Shown here one piece after another: positions 60,641 through 64,000 of a DNA stretch of 64,000 bases (position 1 is the stretch's first letter; every line of letters starts with the position of its first letter). A program made the translations under genes and the position numbers. Where the stretch lies: positions 98,394,001-98,458,000 of the forward strand of contig JAGIQG010000003.1 of the NCBI GenBank assembly GCA_024679065.1, in the 5' to 3' direction. The notes beneath the pieces are model-generated. The model made no database searches. It was not told the origin of the DNA and was given only the letters and a program-made list of their open reading frames with translations. The DNA is from Sphyrna mokarran (lineage: Eukaryota).

Positions 60641-63600
60641 TCCGACACGGGCATTTCAGGCAGGATTGCAGGCCAACCTTGTCTGTCTGCCTGGTGTGGG
60701 TGCAGCCAAAGCCTGTCCACTGGAAGGATTTTTATCCAGCCCCCGGGGTTGGTGAGAGGCTGTCTCTGTGCTGAAGCACTCTCTTAATTACTTACCATTA
60801 CTGTAGATCTTTTAAACTGGAAGACCTATGATTGACCTTCCTGCTTTGAGAGCCCACCTGCTGCCCTTAATCATAGAATCCTTAATCACAGAATGGTTAT
60901 GCTGTAGAAGGAGGTCATTTATCCCACTGTATCATGACCTGGAAACTGATGCAACTCCTGTTTCCCACTGGAAAATCAGAGATCATATAATTAACACACC
61001 ATCAATTGTGCTTGGAATCTCCCTAAAATTCTCATTGGATTAACTCTTCAAATCTTTTGGAGGAAGATCAAATTTCAGTTGTAACCAATATATAAAACTT
61101 AAGTTATTTTTGCGTAGCTCCTCAAAGCCACTGTGATGATAATTTAACGCTATGAAAGTATATTTGGTTAAAATCAGATTTGTAATTCAGAGAATTCAAG
61201 CTACATGGTTTGTGCAGCTGAAGGACTAATAGTGAAGCTGTTGGTGAATAGGCAGAGAACCTTGAATGATTGTTACAAGTTACCCTACAATGCTGACAAA
61301 TGCCTTTCTTCACTGAAATAGCAAGAAAAAAATACTAACTTTCTATTTCAGTGACATCATTGAAAATAATCTTTGTAATCAATTGATTGATACAAGTCAA
61401 ATTGAATTTGGACACACTTTCCCTCCTCTGCCCTCACCAACACCCACCACCTGAAACAAGACTACATCTGGAAATATGTAGTTACATTCATTTGTGCATG
61501 CCCTCTATATAGGTGGCAATTATTGTAGTGTAAGAATATTCATTCCAGAGTATAAATCGGATCAATTAATTACTGTTTATTGGTTGAAATCATAAAGCCT
61601 AGTTTAACTTAAGACTTTTGGTTGCTTTAACCTTAAGTGAACAAAGTATCATTCTCTCTGAGCCATCATTAGTTTTCACTTATGCTTACAGAAACAAATT
61701 CAAATGCAGTGTTTGCAGGTTATTTGAAGCAGATATTATCAGCTTTTCATACTGGAATGCAAAATATTGCCTAAAGATATCTAACTCAATTCTCCAAACT
61801 AAGGTAAAACATGTAACATTCTTTTGAGGAGGGACAAAGACAAACTAATTATATTGGGCTGGCTATAAGTGAATATTGTTAAATATTCGCTGTCTCCCTT
61901 CCCCTCCCCCTTGGTTTACCCATAGAATCCTGCAAAAGAGACTCCCACCTAGCTAATTAACATTATCACTGAAATGGTAGGGTTGAGTCATTAGTTCCAT
62001 GTGCATTTAATTAGAGGCAGACTGAAATTGGATTTAACTTATTACTTTTCATGGATCACTTTCTTGTCATCACTTCAAATTGGATTGCAGCCCCAGGTAA
62101 CTAATTATGGGAGCCACAGGATCAAGAGTGAAGAAGAAGGTAATTAGGAACCACAGCGTTGGACCCTTGCTGATAGTCCACTAGTACTGGGGAAAAATAT
62201 AGTTTTATTTTGTAGCACTGCCACAAGCAGGGGTATTAAAATTGTGGAAATAATATTCTGTTCTGTTTGGAATCATGGGAAGGCTGCTGCCACCTATTGC
62301 GGTTTATGTGATGTGCAGCTGTGTTGAAGATGTTATGTCCACATGGTTCCACAATGAACTTCTTAATGTGTAGTTTAAACAAGTGAAGTCAACATATTGC
62401 ATGTAGGCATGAGGTAATGCAAGAACTATGTACTCTGAGGCTTTTTCATTTGTGTGGAAAAAAAAACACTATCAAACAAAATTGTGTAGCAGGATGTGGA
62501 ACAAAATCTTAATGTTTTGGATTAGTGTACATGAGAATTGTCTGTACATTGAGACGTAACCAACTGATCTCAAAGTATTCCATTTGTGTAATTTTCTTAT
62601 AGGATGAAAAATATCTACTTCTGTAGGATCATAAAACATATGTATTAAAAAAATTGATGAAAACATCATGACGTGGACTTTTCAAGCAGTGCTCATTGTT
62701 TCCTGTATAATGTTAGTAGGTTTAAGAAATAATATCTGGGCTCAAAATATAGACTGCAACACATTAGCCTTTACTACTGTATAATTTTCCTTTAATGAAC
62801 AGAAATCCACAACATTATGCAAAAAAAAATCTCAAGGCATCTTCCACATCTTAATAGTGATGTAAAGTAAAATCTTTGTGCAGCTTAAAGAGTTTCACAT
62901 TAAGGTCACATAACATAGTGTTTTCTCTTTTTCTGACGGCTGGCTGAATGAGGATCACGGTGGGAGATGAATGCTAACCTTTCTTCAAAGTCTGAAGCTT
63001 TTTCTGTTGGGAGCTGAGGGTCCTTTTCCTTTAGTTTGTGTAGGCAGCATTTGAACTACTGTGCTGTACACACCATAGCATTGTCCCAGCATATGTGCAC
63101 CAAACGGCTCAAATCTGCAACTCATTACTGCACAGCACTGGAGCCCATCCAGTGGTTAGAATATTTCCTGAAGCCTAGAATAACAGCAGTTAGTGCAAGC
63201 GCCACACTATAGAAGTGACAATGAGGGGCGGCCTACTCCTGTTGGCATGGTGCCCAGTCAGGAAAGCTAGTTAAGATAGCAAGACAGTAAGATTGCTGCC
63301 ATCCATATGTGTTGTGCTGTCGGACTTGGACGAGACTGATTTTTTTTCAAAGGAGAATGCAGTTTAAACAATGTGACAGCATCAATCTGCTCCACTTCTT
63401 GCTTGTGCTGTGTAGAATTTGGTCTGTGATTATGTATTTTTTATGACTTCTCTCAAGTACTGTATGCAGCATATCTTTAATAACTTAAATTGGTTATTAC
63501 GGATGTGCAACTACTTTGCAACTACTGCATACATTTTTACAATGGTACAAGTTCGGGAAAGATTGAAGACTTAAAAAATGTTTTTTTTGTCAAAAACAAT

Positions 63601-64000
63601 TTGATATGTATATCAGATATTAGAACCAGATTGTGGTAATTCTGCTTGAATTAAATAGCTGTTTTTGCTTTGTGTGCTTTCTCTAAGATAATGGACATGT
63701 AAGAAATCATAAGATTCCAAACCCACTGCCCCCTTTTTCTTTAACTAAAGATGTAAATTAATTTTTTTGTCCATTCTGAGACATTTTGTTGTTTGCATTA
63801 ACAGCCTTTGTCCATTACATAAGCAGACTGGGGAAGGGGTGTGGTTCACATCTGTATGTCTGCAGTTTTGAAAGCTTTAGGAATTTTCCTGAAACTTGAG
63901 TAATATGTCACTCAAAGTGAGGCTGTTGTAATAAATTTAATTACAGTTGGAGAATTTTACATCTGCATGTTATGTCTGGATAAAAATATTTCTGCATCTT

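Noticed and set aside
60049-60774. 241-aa ORF on + strand
   Set aside because: It is a chimera of antisense CR1, a nested CR1 tail and flank; it has no domain and is not a gene.
58555-64000. Next FOXP exon (VPVSVAMMTPQ…)
   Set aside because: Not found by eye; presumably beyond the window end.

Overview
Eukaryotic, AT-rich, repeat-laden vertebrate DNA. The repeat set (HE1/V-SINE, CR1, Penelope ends, Harbinger MITEs, DeuSINE remnants) points to a cartilaginous fish, most likely a shark. The window is almost entirely intronic sequence of a + strand FOXP-family gene, best matching FOXP1. One clean 90-nt phase-0 coding exon lies at 58465-58554 ([30 protein letters not shown]). About 1.3 kb upstream is a probable alternative first exon (about 56824-57123) that resembles the human FOXP1 alternative N-terminal exon as I recall it. 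It overlaps a FOX:ETS composite motif and has a consensus CTCF site about 0.9 kb upstream. The rest is decayed transposons separated by TE-poor blocks that are candidate conserved non-coding elements. The transposons include many CR1 LINEs, Rex1/Babar and L2-like pieces, Penelope-like elements with degenerate minimal hammerhead ribozymes, a two-gene Harbinger with MITEs, a Gypsy integrase remnant and several SINEs. No prokaryotic systems, CRISPR arrays, rRNA or intact tRNA genes are seen. Most ORFs in the supplied track are spurious or TE-derived. Repeat boundaries are approximate, and family names come from recalled consensus motifs, not from a database search.
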